NCBI GenBank assembly: GCA_025594325.1
Contig: JANHCV010000010.1
Location: 1,426,001-1,490,000, forward strand
Length of the DNA: 64,000 nt
Origin: Blastocladiella emersonii ATCC 22665
Taxonomy: Eukaryota; Fungi; Blastocladiomycota
Reading direction: 5' to 3'
The notes below the pieces were generated by a model. That model ran no database searches. It saw only the letters and a program-made list of their open reading frames with translations, and was not told the origin of the DNA. Positions 10,236-22,902 of this stretch are shown piece after piece. Made by a program: the position numbers and the translations under genes. Each line of letters starts with the position of its first letter. The stretch's first letter is position 1.

Positions 10236-11885
10236 ATGTATCCAGAGACTCCTCGCACCACGCTGGACGCGACTCTCGCCGGACATGAGATCAAGCCGGC
10301 CGCGGCGGCGCACCTCGCCCAGTTTCGGCTCAGCTGGCGGGGTCAAGCGCTGCCCCGACGATGCAGCCGACGTCTACGCCTTCTCGTCAATCCGCCCCCG
10401 CTCCCTGCTTGGCGTCATCCTGCCAATGTCCCGCGTGAGCTGCGCCGCTCTCGAGCCCGCTATGCCCTCAGTGATCATCCGCCGCGTGTGCCGCGCGGCC
10501 GTTGCGGGTACCTTCCTCGCCCAAGTCCTTGTCCGCTTTTCGCCGCCCGTCGCCGGCGGGAAGCCGCGCAGCTCTAGCAAGGGAGGGCGGCGGCCGCGGC
10601 GGTGCACCAGGCGGGACTGCCGGGTGCAGGTCTGGGCCTGGCTCTGCCGCCAACTGAGCTGCTACGTCGCCTCCGCGTCATGCCGGTGACGCGCGACGCC
10701 ATGGTCCGGGATACCAAGCGCTTCGTCCGCGGCGACGCGGGCGTCGGTGTTGCCGCGTCAAGTGGTTCCTTCGCCTGCTGCGCCTGCACCCGCTCCGCGA
10801 CGACCACGTCCGCAGCGAGCTCATCCCGGCTTCGACCCCGGTGCCGCACATCGTGCCGCAGACCTTGAGCCGGGGCCGCTTTTTCAATTTGCCTTTCGAG
10901 ACCCTCATGTCGGCCGCCGGTCTCGGGGCGCTGGTGTTGCCCATCACCCGCGATCCGCTCGCCACCTGGCCGGCGGTCAACTACGCCGCGCCTGTTGATC
11001 CCGACGCGAACGACATGACCTGGGCCGGTGCGCTGGGGCGTCGCCGAGTACGCGCTCGAGGGCGCGCGCTCGGACAAGATCTACTGAGACTACCTGTCCG
11101 TAACTGCTTCTCGTCCATTAAGCACGACCTGTGCTGGCCGTTTCGCTGCGACACGCCCACAATTAGCCAGCTCAACAGCTTGGTCAAAACGGACGGTTTA
11201 GTGGCGCGGGTGCCGCTGAACCGCGACGGGATGCGCGCACACAAACGTGCGCCGTGGGTACAGTACTGGTCTGGAGTGCGTGTCCGACGCCGAGCCGCTC
11301 GCCCTTGTGCTCGCCGGTCCACTCGTTGAGCTTCATGATCCGCCGCTCGTCTTTGAGCACCGGTTCAATGGCATCTCGGCGACCGAGTTCCACCACAGGT
11401 TTGTGCTACGACTCAAGTCGCGGCGCTTGTGCAAGTCGCGTATGCAGGACGGGCTCGACGGACACGACCAGGCCCGCGAGAAGGCCGCGCACACCCGTTT
11501 GCTCGCCGACACGACCTGCGTCAACGTGGCCGTCCATGAGGCACCGCTCGCCGAGGCGAGGCGCACGGCGCTCGGGCGCCTCGACTTCCTCACGCACAAG
11601 TAGCTCTAGAAGGTGCTCGACGATCTGCTCAGCAACGCGGTCGTGCTCATCGGCCTCCTGTTCACGCATGGCCAGGTCCGCGTTCCTTCCTGTGGTCCCG
11701 TCGTCGTCGCCGTTGAGATCGCGCAGCGGCTGGCGTACCACGGCACCGACGTCCTCTGCGTCGCTGTCGTGAATACATGTGATCGCCACCGTCTCATTGG
11801 CGAGACGCGTTGCGCCGCGCGCTGCGCCACAACGCCACTCGCTTCCTCCAACTCGCGCTGCCCGCTCAGAGTGTCGAGCAACTGA
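10236..11885 (+). pseudogene. Disrupted coding region of unknown family
   Basis: Protein-like, GC3-biased segments in changing frames (TELLRRLRVMPVTRDAMVRDTKRFV; RVKWFLRLLRLHPLRDDHVRSELIP; LVELHDPPLVFEHRFNG; KVLDDLLSNAVVLIGLLF). In-frame TAG stops at 10575, 11601 and 11607, plus frameshifts. Confidence 0.55.
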
Positions 11886-12209
11886 CAGCGCGAACAAGTA
11901 AAGCTGAAAATCATGCAAGATCCTCACAGCAGAGGCTTCACGCGTGATCGCCCTTTGACGCCGAACCGGGCGACCCGCGCGTCGACGCGCGAGACAGAGC
12001 GCGAGACACGGGGGTGACCCGATGCGGCACCGGCGCGACGCGTCGTCGCTGTCTCCACCCCGCCTCTCACCTCTGACGGAATCGCGCCCGCCCTCATCGC
12101 GTTGCACATGCATAGGCGTCCCGCGGGATCGCCCTACCCAGAGAGAAAACATGCAGCCGTGAAGCATCTGAATGCAACGAGAACCTGCCAACTCGCACCC
12201 CTCGACTCG

Positions 12210-15067
12210 ATGCAACCACGCGCTACTACTATGCCCGACGTCCCACCTCGATCGGTGGCGGGGACCGCGACCGCGACGGTAACAGCACAGGGCTACGCGT
12301 CCGCGTACCTTGCCCGCCGGACGCAGCCGCCGACGCCCATGGACGCGTTGACGCGCTCGTCGTCCTCGGGCTCATCGTCCGCGGTCAGCGTCAGCGACAC
12401 GGTCGATGGACTCTACAACCTCGTCAGCGACTCGGCCCACCGCGCCGACGAGGCCGCCGCCGAGCAGTCGCGACGAGCGGGGCTCATTTCCGCGAAGGCC
12501 ATGGCGAGCGCGACCGCGCGGAGGTGCCGGTACGACACCCTAAAACCACTTCAACCCACTTCAGCTCACCGCGATCCCACTCAGAATCATCCAGGAGAAG
12601 CAGGAGCGGCTCAAGCGCGAGCAGGAGGAGCACCGCGTGCGCACGCTGCAGGAGCGCAAGGAGCGATATCGGCGCGTCGTGGAGGCGACGCGGCCCGTCG
12701 CCCCGGCCAAGGCGCCGCCCGAGTCGCGACGGCCGCGACACGTCGTGCAGCGCGAAACGGACGAGTCGCAGTCGCTCGTGCACCAGGCGGCGGCACTGCC
12801 TGGTCATGGTGACGGTGAGCTTCCGACGCTGCCGTCGTCGCTGCCGAGGCCGCGCGTCCCGACCAAGATCCAGTGTACGCGTCGTTCCTCCATCTCGCTC
12901 CCCGACCCGTCTCTCACTTGATGCCGACCCCGTAGACAAGGGCGTATGGGACTCGTCCAAGTCGCTGCGCGTCGTCAAGGGCGTCGCCGTCGAATCCCCC
13001 ACATCCCCGGGCGACGACGCGGACCAGTCTCCGCCAACCTCTGCGTACACGTCGCGCTCGCCGAGCCCCGCTCACCATCACCACTCCGACGGCTACGGCG
13101 CGCCGTCGCCTCTGCCCGCCGCGCCACGACCGCACGAACCCCCGCGGCCACCACCATCCGCCGACCCCGTCTTCTCGCGGCGCGCGCATCCACCACCACC
13201 CGCCGCCATTGCGCGACACCACGACACACGACCGCCGCCTTCCGATCCCTCGCCGACCGACCCGCCACCGCCGTCCGTCGTGACGCCGATCCACGCCGAC
13301 CTGCGCCCGCCGCGGTACGACCCGGGCGACGATTTCAGCGACAGCGACGACGACAACCTCCCAAACGGCCCCGACGGTCTCGGTCTATCCCGCTCCACTG
13401 GCGACGACCCCTCGCGCCCGGGCGGCGGCCGGCTCCGTACGGCGCGCGCGCGGCGAGGGACCACGCTGATCTCGGAGCGCGCGCTGCAGCTGCTCGAGTC
13501 GAACCTGCGGCTCAAGGCGTCGCGCGTGCTGGCCATGTCGACCCAGCAGTCGGCGCGCGCGAGTGCGACGCCGCGGTTGTTGCAGCCGTTCCCGCGGCGG
13601 CCGTCGTCGCGCGCATCGGGCAGTGGGCGCGCGGGGTCCAGGCGGACGTCGCGGTCAGTGTCCCCGACGGCATGGGCGGCGCCGAGTCCCGCGGCGACCA
13701 TAATCGCGGTGGGCGGCGAGCAGGGCCAGCGAAAGCTGCCGATCCCGCTCCCGCCGCCGTCGCCCGTGCCGCCGAAACCGCCGCGGATCGTCGCCGCGCC
13801 TGAGCCAGTACGTGCGGCTAGCGGGTCCGCGTCACGGCGGCCATCGGCGCGGTTCGCGAGCACGCTCGAGATGGTCACCGCCGCGGGCTCGCACCCGCCG
13901 GGGTCCGCGGGGACGTCGCGCCCGGTCCCGCCGCCCGCGCTGCGCCGGTCCTCGGTGTCGTCGAGCTGCTCGACGGGGTCGCGTGCCAACAGCGCGGCGT
14001 CGTCGTCGGCGGCGGCGCGCAACGGGAGCACTACCGACCACTCGGGCCCGCCGCCGCCGCCGTCGCTGCCCCGCTCGGCGCGGCCGCTGGCGCACGACCC
14101 GATCGTACTCGGCCGCGTCGTCGCCAAGCCCGCAGCTGCGGCGCCACCGCCGTCGACGCAGGCCAAGCTCAAAGAGACGCTCGAGTGTCTCGAAGCGTAC
14201 CTGTCGTCCGATACTCCCGCCCCGGTAAAACCCGCGCCGTCGCGTCTCCCCGTGCCCGTCGCGAGCTCGGCGAGCACGTCTCGCGCGTCGTCGAGTCGGT
14301 CGTCGGACACCACCTCGGCGGCGCGGTTCATCCCGGCCCCTGCGACAGTCCCGCCACCGAGCTCGTCGACGGCTTTCTTCATCCCGTTCTGCGAGGACCC
14401 GAAAGACACGGCCGCCGTCGAGTCGGGCGCGCAGATCCTCAAGAAGCTCCCGCGTCCGCGGACCGCGTCGGCGCGCAAACTTGCGTCACGAGCGGCACCA
14501 GCGGCGCACGCGCACGCGTCCGTGTCGCTGCCCAAGGTCCCATCGGCCGAAGCCGTCGACCGGCCACACCTTCACCATCGGCCGCACCACGTCGTCGCTC
14601 CCGCCCACCACCACCACCGGTCCGGCCGACCAGCAGCAGCATCTCACGAGCCGGCGCACCGCCACCCCGGTCTGCCATTCGGCCACACGGCGGCCGTCGC
14701 GCGACACTCCCACCCACACCCGCACGCGCGGCACCGTCGGTCGCGCACGTCGAGCCCATCACGCTCGCGCGACGAAACCGTCACCGACCACCACCACCAA
14801 CCGTACCCAAGCGCCGGCTGCGCGCCAGGCCCGTCGGAAGGCGCCCTCGTCGCGAGCCTGACGCGGCTGTCGGCCGAGATCGAGGACCGGCTCAAGATCC
14901 TCGGCGTGCAGCCGGAGCCGTCGCTGTTTCTCGGGTCCGGGTCCGCGGGGCGGAGCGGGAGCGGGAGCGGGAGCGGCAGTGGGCTGCCAAGAGGGGGAGG
15001 AGGGAAGCTGACGGCGAGCCGGTGCGGCGCGAACGGGAGCGGGATGTTGCTGCAGCCGCAGCGGTGA
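12210..15067 (+). CDS. Large Pro/Ser/Arg/His-rich disordered protein with a short coiled coil, 3 exons (~12210-12523/12529, 12585-12874, 12936-15067), ~911 aa, function unknown
   Basis: Two GT-AG introns join three ORFs in frame. Coiled coil IIQEKQERLKREQEEHRVRTLQERKERYRR. Start could be 12210 or 12231. Confidence 0.75.
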
Positions 15068-15103
15068 GATGATGAGAATGTACAACGTGTATAGACAACG
15101 ACG

Positions 15104-15637
15104 CTACGAGGCAGTGATGCACAGGTACGAGCCCGCGCCGACGAGGGCGACGCCGGCGAGGCTCACTACGAGAGTGAGCGGGAGGTCAGTTAGCGGGTCG
15201 GCGGAGGTGGCAGAGAAGTCGTACCCGGATCGCCCAGGTTCTCGCCCATCAGCCAGCCCGTCACCCACGTCATGGCGAGCGTCAACGAGTTGGTCAGCGG
15301 GCTGACGACTGCGAGGTCTGACTCGCCAGCAGCAAGTTAGCTTGGTCCAGCGCGTGGACCATCGCAGCGACGTACCGGCGTACTGCAACGCGCGCACGAA
15401 CGCAAGCGACCCGCACAGGTTGAGGGCGAGCGGAAGCACATACTACACCACCACCCGGCGCGTCAACTAGCAACCCATCGTCTCCCCACCCTCAGACCAT
15501 ACCCGCCAGCTGGTCGCGAGCCACGCGAGCTCGGCGACCCGGCCCTTGTGCGCGACCGCGTCCACGCCCAGGGCGCCGCGGCGGATCAGCGGCGTGGTGC
15601 AGCCCCACAGGATGCACGTAGTCAGGACCCACTCCAT
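15104..15637 (-). CDS. TMEM234: TMEM234-family small membrane protein (EamA/DMT-like), 4 exons (15637-15503, 15442-15376, 15317-15225, 15165-15104), 118 aa
   Basis: LWGCTTPLIRRG; YVLPLALNLCGSLAF; DLAVVSPLTNSLTL; GVALVGAGSYLCITAS. Introns of 60, 58 and 59 nt; 357 nt spliced. Confidence 0.85.
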
Positions 15638-15823
15638 CGGGCCAGTTGCATGGTTTGTTGAGGGAAGAGAGGATGGGGAGAGCGGGAGCGAGAGCGTGTT
15701 GGTCATGCAGGGCGGCGAGGCGCAACGCGTTCGGTCGGTTGCGTGGCGTTCTCCGCCAAAGTCCCGAAGCTGCCGGCCTCCCAACCCTCGCTCTCTCCTC
15801 CCCTCACCGTTCGCCGACCGACC

Positions 15824-17077
15824 ATGAAGCAGCAGCAAAGAAAGATGATTGATCCCAACGACCCGGCGTCGTTCAACCACCGGTTCGCCCACATCAACGG
15901 GGCGCGGATGCGTGCGTGCCGTCGCTGCTGCGTCGTCGATCCCGCAGCTGACGCGACGTGCTCGCCGTAGACTACGTCGACGAGGGCCCGCAGGACGCGC
16001 ACGCCGTCGTGTTCCTGGTCCATGGCTTCCCTGATGTACGTCCTGCCATGCTGCCGCCCTCGCCAAGCTCGAACTGACCTTCTCCCCGCGAACCAGATCT
16101 GGTTCGGCTGGCGGCACCTGATCCCGTCGCTCACATCGCGCGGGTACCGCGTGATCGCGCCGAGCATGTACGGGACAGGCGAGTCCTCCTTCTCCTACGC
16201 GTCGCGCGACGACCCCGAGTCGCTCTCCCGCTTCTCGCTGCGCTCGCACTGCCGGGACCTCGCCGTCCTCGCCGGCACCGCCATCCGGACGCCGCGGCGC
16301 ACGCACCGTTTCATCTGGGTCGGGCACGACTGGGGCTCATTTCTCGTGCAGCGCATGGCGCTGTACCACGGGCACCTGGTGGACGCGGTGGCCTCGCTGT
16401 GCGTGCCGTACACGCCGCCGCACGCGCGGTACCACAGCACGGCCGACCTCGTCAAGCTGCTGCCGCATTTCGCGTACCAGCGCGTGTTTGACGAGGAGGA
16501 CGTCGATCCCAAAATGGACGCGGACGTCGGGAGGGCGCTGACGGCGTTCTTCCAGGGGTGCGACGGCGACCTCGATCTGCGCGTGCTCAGCGACCTGTTC
16601 GTGTCGGGGGTCAAGGGCGATGCGGCGCGCGCGGCGTTCTCCGCGAAACAGCCGCGCCTCGCGCGGACGTGCGTGATCCAGCAGGACCCGCGCGTGTGGG
16701 CGTACTACCTGTCGTGCTTCTCGCGCACCGGGTTCCACGGCGGGCTCAACATGTACCGGGTGCGCGCCATCAACCACCGCGACGAGCGGGCGCTGCTGGC
16801 GCCGGGGGCGGACGGCGCGCCTGCGGCGACGGGCCGCGCCATCAAGCAGCCGTTCCTGCTCGTCACGGTCGGTCGCGACCCGTGCTTCCCGCCCGACATG
16901 GCCAAGCACCAGGGCGCGTTCCTGCCGCGGCTCTCGGTGCGGCATATCGAGGAGTCCGGGCACTGGGTCGCGCAGGAGCAGCCGGACGAGGTCGCGCGGC
17001 ATCTTCTGTGGTGGCTCGAGGAGCTGCAGCGCGCCGTTTTTGCGGGCAGCATCTACCGCGCCAAGCCGCGCCTGTAA
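15824..17077 (+). CDS. Soluble epoxide hydrolase-like alpha/beta hydrolase, 3 exons (15824-15911, 15971-16035, 16097-17077), 377 aa
   Basis: HYVDEGP..VFLVHGFPDIWFGWRHLIP, nucleophile VGHDWG, GGLNMYR, SGHWVAQEQP. Introns of 59 and 61 nt. Confidence 0.92.
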
Positions 17078-17133
17078 TGGTGTGCTAGGATTGAAGTTTA
17101 TATACTACGCCTTGCGATCACACCCGCCAACCT

Positions 17134-18448
17134 CTACTCGTCGCGCGCCGCGGCCTTGCGCGCGCGCTTCTTGTCGCGGGACACGGCGCGCTGGAGGTTC
17201 TTGCTGGCCTTGGCCTTGACGCGGGCGTAGTCGTCCTTGTTCCCGCGGTGCCCGTCAATGAGCTGCACGCTGCCGTCATCCTCATCGCGGGCCGTCCGTT
17301 TCCGCTTGTTGGTGGCCGCGCGCTTGGACTCGAGGAACCCGATCATCTCATCGACGTGGTTGCGCGAATCGTCGCCGCGCTCGCGGCGCTCAGCGCGCTG
17401 CCCCGGGTGCGTCTTACGCGCAGGCCGGCGCTCCTCCTCGTCCGAGTCCGCGAAATCGGCCATGAGCTCGCGCACCTCGTCGCCCATGGACACGCGCTCG
17501 CGCTGCTTGGCGAGCTTCTTGTCCTTGCGCGTGAGGTTGAGGCGCAGGAAGTTATCTTCCTCGAACGCGGTGCGTTCCGCGAAGTGCGCGTCGATCTGCT
17601 CCGTCGCCGCGCTCTCGACGAGACCCGCGGTGCGGACCTCGGGCGCGTCGCCAAACTCCTCCTCGAGGTCGCGCATCAGGCGCGAGCGCGACGCCGCGGC
17701 CACGGCGCGCTGGTTCACGCGCTGGCGCGCTGCGGCACCGCCCTCCTCGTACCGCACGGGGGCCAGCTTCGGCGGACGGTACACGCCGGCCTTGGCGGCG
17801 GCCGTCCGCTCCTCGTCCTCGGAGTCGCCGCCGTCCATTTCGTCGGCCGCCGCGTCGGCGTCGAAGTCGGCCAGGTTGGGCTTGAACGACAGGGCGTCTA
17901 CACGATGGGAAAGTCAGTGCGGTCCCCATGGAATGTCATGGAATGCTAAGTACCCTTCTGCTCGCCCGTCTCGGCGAGCTTGAGCAGCTTGTCGATGCGG
18001 TACTTGAGCTTGGACTCCATGGGCTTGATCTTCTCGAGCAGCACGCGCGACTCGAGCAGCGCGTCCATGGACGCCCACGCCGCGGGCTCCTGGCCGTCGA
18101 GCTTGGCCGACATGAGGTGGCACAGCGAGATGAGGTACGTGATGATCGATTCTACACCCGCGAGAGCTCAGCATGCGGGTCGTGGTGCGGGAAGGGGAGG
18201 GGGAGGTGTCCGGCGTACGGTTCTTGACCTCGAGGAACGAAAGGCCCTTGGACGTCGGCGCGATCCTACCCCATCAGGAGGGATTAGCATGGTGGCGCTC
18301 CCAACACTCGCTCAAGTGCATACTTCTCATGCACGCCGGGGACCGCGTCGCGGACCTTGGCGGCGGTCGCCTGGATCTCCTTGACGACCGCGAGGAATTG
18401 GTCGGCGGGCGCCGCCGCGGCGGCGCGCTTGACGGATGTAGAATTCAT
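17134..18448 (-). CDS. LCP5: Neuroguidin/Lcp5 (Sas10/Utp3/C1D family, SSU processome), 4 exons (18448-18324, 18265-18219, 18151-17954, 17897-17134), 377 aa
   Basis: TSKGLSFLEVKN, LLESRVLLEKIKPMESKLKYRIDKLL, DALSFKPN, GVYRPPKLAP, FEEDNFLRL. 1134 nt spliced. Confidence 0.92.
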
Positions 18449-18698
18449 GGTGTGTTTCTTCGCGGTGAACGTAACGTAACCGCGATGGTGACGTGGGCCG
18501 AGGTCAGCGGGTGGGGCGCGAGGCGGCGCAAAGTGCGACTGCGGTCACACGGCCTCACCTGACCCGTTGGCGGCGCAACACGCTCTTTCTGTTCAAAATC
18601 GCGGCTTGAGCCCTCCCTCCTCCCCCAACCGACTAGACCACTTCACACCACCCCAGCGCTGATCCGCTGCATGTAACAACCCGTCGCAATCAATCCCC

Positions 18699-19923
18699 AT
18701 GTCGAGCTCCATGGCCGCGACCGCGACCAAGTCGCTCGTGCCGCTAACCCGCTTACAACTGCTGACGCGGCTGCCGCGGTCCAACCACCGTGAGTCAACA
18801 ATCTATATCAAGGGATTTCTACAACAGGGCGAGGACCCCAAGAACTTTGACGAGTGGCTGCAGAGCCATCACCTGCTGGCGCTGTCGCCCAAGCACAACT
18901 GGGTTCGTGCGTCCGATGTGAGTGAGCGCGAAGCGTCGCTGATACCCGAGGGTGTAGGACGGCCTCAGCTTCGGCTACTCGTGGAACTCGGGCGCGCTGC
19001 TGCACCCGGTCACCCTACCCGTCCCCGTCGCGACGCTCGGCACCGTCGCCTCGCGGCTCATGACGCTCGGCAAGCTGACGCCCGCGGGCCTGCTGGGCTC
19101 GCTCGCATTCGACACGACGCTGAACCTCGGCAAGCTCGCGTACCAGTTCCGCGCGGCCTCGAGCGCCGCCGAAGCCGGCGCCCCCGCCCTCGCCGAAACC
19201 CTGCGCCAGCTCCGCTCCGAGTGTGACCACGTGCGCGTCGTCGCGCACTCGCTCGGGTGCCGCCACCTGTGCCACGCGCTCGCCCTCATGCACCCCGACG
19301 AGCGGCCCGACACGGTGCACCTGTGCGCGCCCGCGATGACGAACCAGTTCTTCATGGCGGTCCAGTCGAGCCGGCCGGAACGCGCGGAGGCGGTCGAGCG
19401 CGAGTCGCTCGAGGAGTGGGGCGAGCCTGACGCATCGCCACCAAAACCCGAAGCCGAGTCGTTCGACGACAACGAGCTCGTCCCGCTCGCGCGCCGCGGC
19501 GTGTACGTGTACTGGACGCCGCGCGACTCGGTGCTCGCGGTCCTGTTCCGCGTGGTCGCGCTCGGCGACCTGGCCATGGGCCACATCGGCGTGCAACCCG
19601 CGCCGCCCCCCGGCCCGTCGCCCGAGGCCCTCAGCGTCGCGTTCGCCCACAGCGAGATGGCGTCGCGGCCCAACTCTTCAGGGGTTCGCGACGTGATCCA
19701 TCTCGATCCCGACGGGTTCGCGGTCCCGCCCCCGCCGCTCCCGCCGACCGCCACGCTCGAGTCGATCGACGTGTCGCCGCACTTCGGGTCGGCGGTCCGC
19801 GCGGTCCACTCGGCGTACGCGGCTAGGTTTCATTACTTTGCGCACGAGTACTGGCACGCCAACGAGATCTGGCCGTCGTCGAGCGTGAATCGGGCGGACG
19901 ATGGCGGTGCTAGAAGGCAATAA
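18699..19923 (+). CDS. Alpha/beta-hydrolase-fold protein (DUF726/DUF900-like), 2 exons (18699-18902, 18958-19923), ~389 aa
   Basis: TIYIKGFL, GYSWNSG, nucleophile elbow VRVVAHSLGCR, VYVYWTPRDSVL, C-terminal HSAY. 55-nt intron; start may be 18699 or 18711. Confidence 0.75.
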
Positions 19924-20152
19924 ACTTGACACTTGGACGTGACGGTTATCACAGCGTGACGGTGCATCACACAGGCGCGATTCCAGGGTTTGGGGGGTGG
20001 GTGACATCACCGCGCGTTCATCTCGGCTACGCCACGGTCGCTCCGGCGGAGTTCAGGGCGGCGAGGGATCCCTTCCAACGCCTCCCGCCTCGCCTCTCCC
20101 CTCTCCCCGCATTCGCACTCTATCAATCAAAGTAGCTTATACACACCACGCA

Positions 20153-21416
20153 ATGCAATCGCTCCTCTCGCTCGGCGTGCTCGCCTACGTCGTGCTATCG
20201 ATCCTGGCGCGGCTCAACGTGCCTTTGGTGCCGCACCGTGTGCAGTTTGCCGTCAAGATGACGCACCTGGTCGGGACGGTCGGGCTCGCGTCGACGTTCG
20301 GCATGGTGCTCGGGGTCGTGATTGCGCGCTTCTTCCCCGCGCACCGCGGCGACATCCCCTTCTACGTCGGGCGCTTCTTCTACCACACGGCGGCGCTCGC
20401 GCTCGGCGTCCGCGTCGTCGTCGAGGGCTTCGACGAGTACCTCCTCGACCCCGAGTTCCAGGCCGTCCTCGTCGCCAACCACCAGGACACGCTCGACCTC
20501 GTCGTCATGTCGGCCATGTTCCCGCGCCGGTGCACTGTCATGGTGCGTGGTGCTTATCGGGTTCGCTGCTGTTGCGCGCTGCTGACATTGTTCGTCACGA
20601 TAGGCCAAGAAGAGCCTCGGCCGCATCCCGCTGCTCGGCACCTACCGTGCGTACCCACTCTCCTCCCGACCGAATTCGAACACCACTCACCCTCCCTGCA
20701 CCCCCAAAGTCAAGATCGCCAAGACCTTCTTCATCGACCGCGCCAACTCGACCAAGGACCGCGAGACCATGAACGCGGCCGTCGCCGAGATGAACCGCGA
20801 GCACATGTCCCTGTTCGTGTACCCGGAGGGCACGCGCTCGCACCGCCGCGACCGCACGCTGCTGCCCTTCAAGAAGGGCGCCTTCCACGTCGCCGTGCAG
20901 GCCCAGGTGCCCGTCGTCCCCGTCGTCTTCTCGGCGTACGACGACATGTTCGACACCAAGCACATGCTGTTCCCCGGCGGCACCGTGCACGTCAAGATCC
21001 TCCCGCCGATTCCGACCGCCGGGATTGACCGGGAGGATAAGCTCGCCATCGACGCCCTCGTCGCTGAGACCCGCGATACTATGCTCGACACGCTGTTCCG
21101 CATCTCGGCGCCCGTCCCCGGACTCGCCGCGCCCGACACCCCCGCGAAGCGCGACCGCCGCCGCAAGTCGGTGTCGGTGCCCGTCGCGAAGCTGGCGGTC
21201 AGCTCGGCCCAGATCGATACCCTCGTCATGGACCAGCGGCTCGACGGCGAGGAGGCGTACCTCGACAACTTCTCCCGGTCCGCGTCCCCCGCCAACCCCG
21301 CGGTCCGTGACGCCGAGAACGAGATGCGCGCGCGCCGCGTGTCGGTTGCGTCCGCGGCGGCTGCGGGAGCGGGCCAGGTGGAGGAGGATGGCGTCAAGTA
21401 CGCGGACGCCGACTAG
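20153..21416 (+). CDS. SLC1: 1-acyl-sn-glycerol-3-phosphate acyltransferase, 3 exons (20153-20542, 20604-20646, 20710-21416), 379 aa
   Basis: Acyltransferase motifs VLVANHQDTLD, FFIDR, FVYPEGTRS, LLPFKKGAFHVAVQAQVPVVP. Introns of 61 and 63 nt. Confidence 0.93.
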
Positions 21417-21517
21417 ATTTGTTCTCGAGAGGATTTCCCGACGCGGAAATAGACTACTGGTAGTTCTTTCTGTTGAATCAAAAAGCGCGTGTGCGCGTGT
21501 GTATTGCGGCGGGAATG

Positions 21518-22725
21518 TTACGACGACGGCGGCGGTGGCAGCAGCGAGCCCGCGGGGACCCAGATCTTGACGGACCGGTCGCCGTCGAGCGACCCCGACG
21601 CGATGCGGTGCAGCTCGGGCGAGTAGTCGACGGCGAGGACCGCGTCTACACGCATGACGAATCATGACGAATCAGTTCGCTGCTCGACCGCACTCCCGCA
21701 AAGAACGTACCGCGGTGCCCGACCAGCGTCGCGACGAGCTCGGCCTTCTCGTCCTTGACGTCGCCCTTGGGGATCCGCCACAGGTACACGTTCCTGTCCT
21801 CGGACCCGGACAGCACGTAGTACTCGGCCTCCGGCACGTGCTCGCGGACCGCGAACCCGGCAAACAGGCAGAACCGCTGGTTCGCGTGCCCGGCCATCTC
21901 GTGCAGGACCTCGGCGCGGTGCACGTCCCAGACGCGGACCGTCGAGTCGAGCGTGGCGACCGCGAGATGTTTACCGTTAGACGCGAACCGCGCGCACCCG
22001 ACGGGCGCGTTCTCCGAGTGCACCAGCGTGCGCAGGCACAGCCCCGTGCGCGCGTCCCAGATCCGCACCAGGCCGTCGTACGACGCCGACACGATCAGCG
22101 TCCCGTCGCGCGAAAAGTGCACGCTGGTCACGGGGTCCGAGTGCGCGGGGAGCACCCGCAGGCAGACCCCCGTCGCCGCGTCCCACACCCGCACCGTCTC
22201 GTCGAACGAGCCCGAGGCAAGCAGGTTCGACTGGTGGTTGAACGCGACGCAGAACACGTGCGACGTGTGGCCCTCAAGCACCCGCAAGCACGCGCCCGCG
22301 ACGCCGCCGTGCCCGCCCGTCGCGTTCCACACGCGGATCCGCGCGTCGTCCGACGCCGTCGCCAGGTACACCGAGTCCGCCGACCACGCCACGTCGTTCA
22401 CGCCCTGCACGTGCCCCGACAGCGTGCGCTCGAACCGGCCGTCGACCGCAGACCAGAGCTTGACCGTCTTGTCGGCGGACCCCGAGGCCACCCACCGCGC
22501 GTCGGGCGAGAACTTGACTACCGAGACCGCCTTGGTGTGGCCCTTGAGCGTGTACTGCACCGCCCAGTCGTGCGCGTGCGGGTCCGCGGCGGGAGCGCCG
22601 TTCGCGGGGGCCGGCGCGTCCATGTCCATGGGCTCTGCTGGCGGGACAGCGGGCTGCTGCTGGTGGTGCTCGAGCGGGAGCGCCGCCGCCGCCGCGGTCG
22701 GGTCCATGGGGTTTCCTGTTGTCAT
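21518..22725 (-). CDS. WDR5: WDR5/Swd3-like WD40 protein (COMPASS), 2 exons (22725-21711, 21645-21518), ~380 aa
   Basis: [99 protein letters not shown]. 65-nt intron. Confidence 0.88.
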
Positions 22726-22902
22726 TGGGCGCAGGATGCGGCAAGTTGCATGCAGTCTGGTTTGCGCTCTCGCTGTGAAGTTGGCGAGAAGGTGAGGGGA
22801 GATCGCCGCGACCGACCGGGACGCGGGAACCCCTTTCTCGCTCACACATCATCTGACGCACCCGTCTATCGCGTCACATTGCCTCGCACCTCACATCTCT
22901 AT

